A stretch of DNA of 64,000 nucleotides from Alloascoidea hylecoeti. Taxonomy: Eukaryota. The notes under the pieces are model-generated. The model had not been told where the DNA came from and searched no databases. It saw only the letters and a program-made list of their open reading frames with translations. This document shows, one piece after another, positions 62,160-64,000 of this stretch (positions within the stretch are counted from its first letter, which is position 1; each line of letters begins with the position of its first letter). Where the stretch lies: assembly GCA_001600815.1 (NCBI GenBank), contig BCKZ01000003.1, positions 562,581 through 626,580 of the forward strand, given 5' to 3'. Made by a program: the position numbers and the translations under genes.

Positions 62160-62915
62160 CTACCGTGCCTTATTATCAATCCTCGATTGAAAATTCCATA
62201 ATTCTCGTTTCCAATCTTTTAATTTTTTGTGTAAATAAATCAATCTTTTAACATCTTTTTGGTATTTTTCATTCTTTACTGGTTTTGAAGAACTTAACTT
62301 TTTATATAATAATGAATATGACGAGTATTTTATTTTGAACTGTCTTGCGACTTGAGCGAGTTTAACCATTTCAGGAGAATTGATCATATACCTTGGTTGA
62401 TTACTTAAACTATTTTTGGATGGATTGTTGGTTAGGTTGGTGGTTGTTGTCCGAGGAAGGTCAAATTTATACTCTGGTGATGACTCCGATGACGAGGAAG
62501 GTAATCGCTGGTGACCTCTATTTATGTATCTAGGCTCTGAAAGACGGTTGTTATTAGACGTAGGTAATTTCTGCCTTTTAGTATTAAGTGTAGGCTGTGA
62601 TGGTGAGTGAACCTTCTCGATTACACTCAATTTCCTTTTTCTAATGATGTTTTGTACCATGAATTTATCTTCAGCAGTACCAATTTTCGATACTTGTGAA
62701 GTTGAGCTATTTCGATAGACATCGACTTTAGCTGGTTCTGGTGAAACATTTATAGGGAACACATTATCCCCCACAGTTATTGAGAAAGATCCATCATGAA
62801 CAGAAACAGACAATGGTGAGCCCTTAAGCTGAGAAAAGACAGAGGCCGGCAGCCGCACGGGGAAAATAATAGGGGACTGTTCCGAAGAAGCTGATAAAAT
62901 CTGTTCTAGCGGCAT
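62160..62915 (-). CDS. Putative ELL/occludin-domain protein (RNA Pol II elongation factor ELL-like), 251 aa
   Basis: Beta-rich N-terminal domain (IIFPVRLP...SITVGDNVFPI...KIG..EDKFMVQ), Ser/Pro/Lys linker, and C-terminal helical LARQFKIKYSSYSLLYKKL...KRLIYLHKKLKDWKRELW resembling fungal occludin-ELL domains. Coding status is good; the family call is tentative. Confidence 0.5.
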   Translation of the reverse strand: MPLEQILSASSEQSPIIFPVRLPASVFSQLKGSPLSVSVHDGSFSITVGDNVFPINVSPEPAKVDVYRNSSTSQVSKIGTAEDKFMVQNIIRKRKLSVIEKVHSPSQPTLNTKRQKLPTSNNNRLSEPRYINRGHQRLPSSSSESSPEYKFDLPRTTTTNLTNNPSKNSLSNQPRYMINSPEMVKLAQVARQFKIKYSSYSLLYKKLSSSKPVKNEKYQKDVKRLIYLHKKLKDWKRELWNFQSRIDNKAR

Positions 62916-64000
62916 TTGAATATTCTTGTTGAAATAAGAGGAGATGTTTGGAAAAGAAATTAAATAAGAAGAAGGAGGGAAAGAAGGGAAAGACTGAAGA
63001 GAACAATAAAATAATAATTTAATGTATTAATATTCTACTATTATGGGACAAAATCACCGATTCCAATGCATAGATCTGCATGTCTCCAAAAGGGGGGGAT
63101 TTTTAAATTTGGCTCCGACCTTGGCGCTGACTGGCTGGCTCTCAGGCTGGCCTCCCTGGACTCAACTGGCTAGCCTTCCCTCGGTAATTATAGTTACGAT
63201 TAAGGCCTTACAATATTTCAAAACAAATTAACTTTCTATGAAGCATATTTTATTCAAAAGAGATCTAGAAAATATATAATCTTCAGATTTTCTTATAATT
63301 TCCCTTTCAGTATGATAATCAAGCTTCCAAATTAACTCTTTTTTTTAGGGTTTTGATCATGATTAATTATGAGAAAAATGATCTGTCTAATATTATAATT
63401 AAATTGATTATTTGATTAAAAGTTATGGTTTTGCATGTACCCGGCCTCGGACATAATTTTTGGAGTTAATATACAGTTCAAGTTAAAGTTAAGAAAATGA
63501 CAGACCCAACCTGACGGGTGCAGGTGGAAGCAGACCACTAGCCTAACACGATTTAAAGAATTTAGTTTCTAACAACAGATATGTTAACATCTAGCTATAG
63601 ATATCTATATAGTTCTTTATTTATGGTAAACACGGTAGTAATAATATGTCAAGTTAAAATTAAATCTCCAAGAAATGCTTATATGTGATATACACGAGTA
63701 CTCATAATTTAAAAGCGATCGATCACAACATGAGTTAAAATGTCAGCTGAGCGTCCAATAAATATGAATCAATATCAATCAATCAACTAGTAAGCTCTTT
63801 CCAAATAGAATAGGCGCCCTCGAAATATATATTAAAGTCAATGTTTATTAGTAAGAAGTTGCTTCGTTGTCTTGAAAATTTTAAAGAAATATCATTATAA
63901 AATGTGCTTTAAATGATTGTAACAAAAAAGGTTGTCTGTGTATGCTAAAGAGATACTATATGCAAAGTAATTAATTTCTAATCGTTAAATTAATTATCGA

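Noticed and set aside
1..64000. CRISPR arrays, rRNA, prokaryotic or viral systems
   Set aside because: Eukaryotic intron-containing genes throughout; no repeat-spacer array or rDNA was seen.

Overview
AT-rich fungal genomic DNA, most likely an early-diverging budding yeast (Saccharomycotina). Introns are short (53-81 nt) with GTAAGT/GTAAGA/GTATGT donors and CTAAY branch points near the acceptor, and CTG falls at conserved Leu positions, so the code is standard. Core genes: BRX1 (3' part), AVO1, an IRA1/2-neurofibromin RasGAP, PPH3, an MSB3/4 TBC GAP, CNS1, SLI15/INCENP, RAX1, an INH1-like ATPase inhibitor, TIM11, EMC10 and an ELL-like gene. Accessory DNA lies between them: an F-box/WD40 pseudogene, a 7.5-kb gene-free transposon graveyard (14.7-22 kb), and the main feature, a birth-and-death array at 31-49.6 kb and 56.5-59.6 kb. 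The array holds at least 7 copies of an unnamed gene with a Mutator/WRKY-GCM1-like C-x2-C...H-x3-C zinc finger and no DDE domain (3 intact, 2 full-length pseudogenes, 2 fragments). These copies recur in a module with a metallothionein (1 intact, 2 relics), an old Tc1 transposase relic and an unidentified gene relic. Relics of a second DD34E Tc1, a pogo/Fot1 element and a Ty3/gypsy integrase are also visible. All family assignments come from reading motifs by eye; no searches were run.
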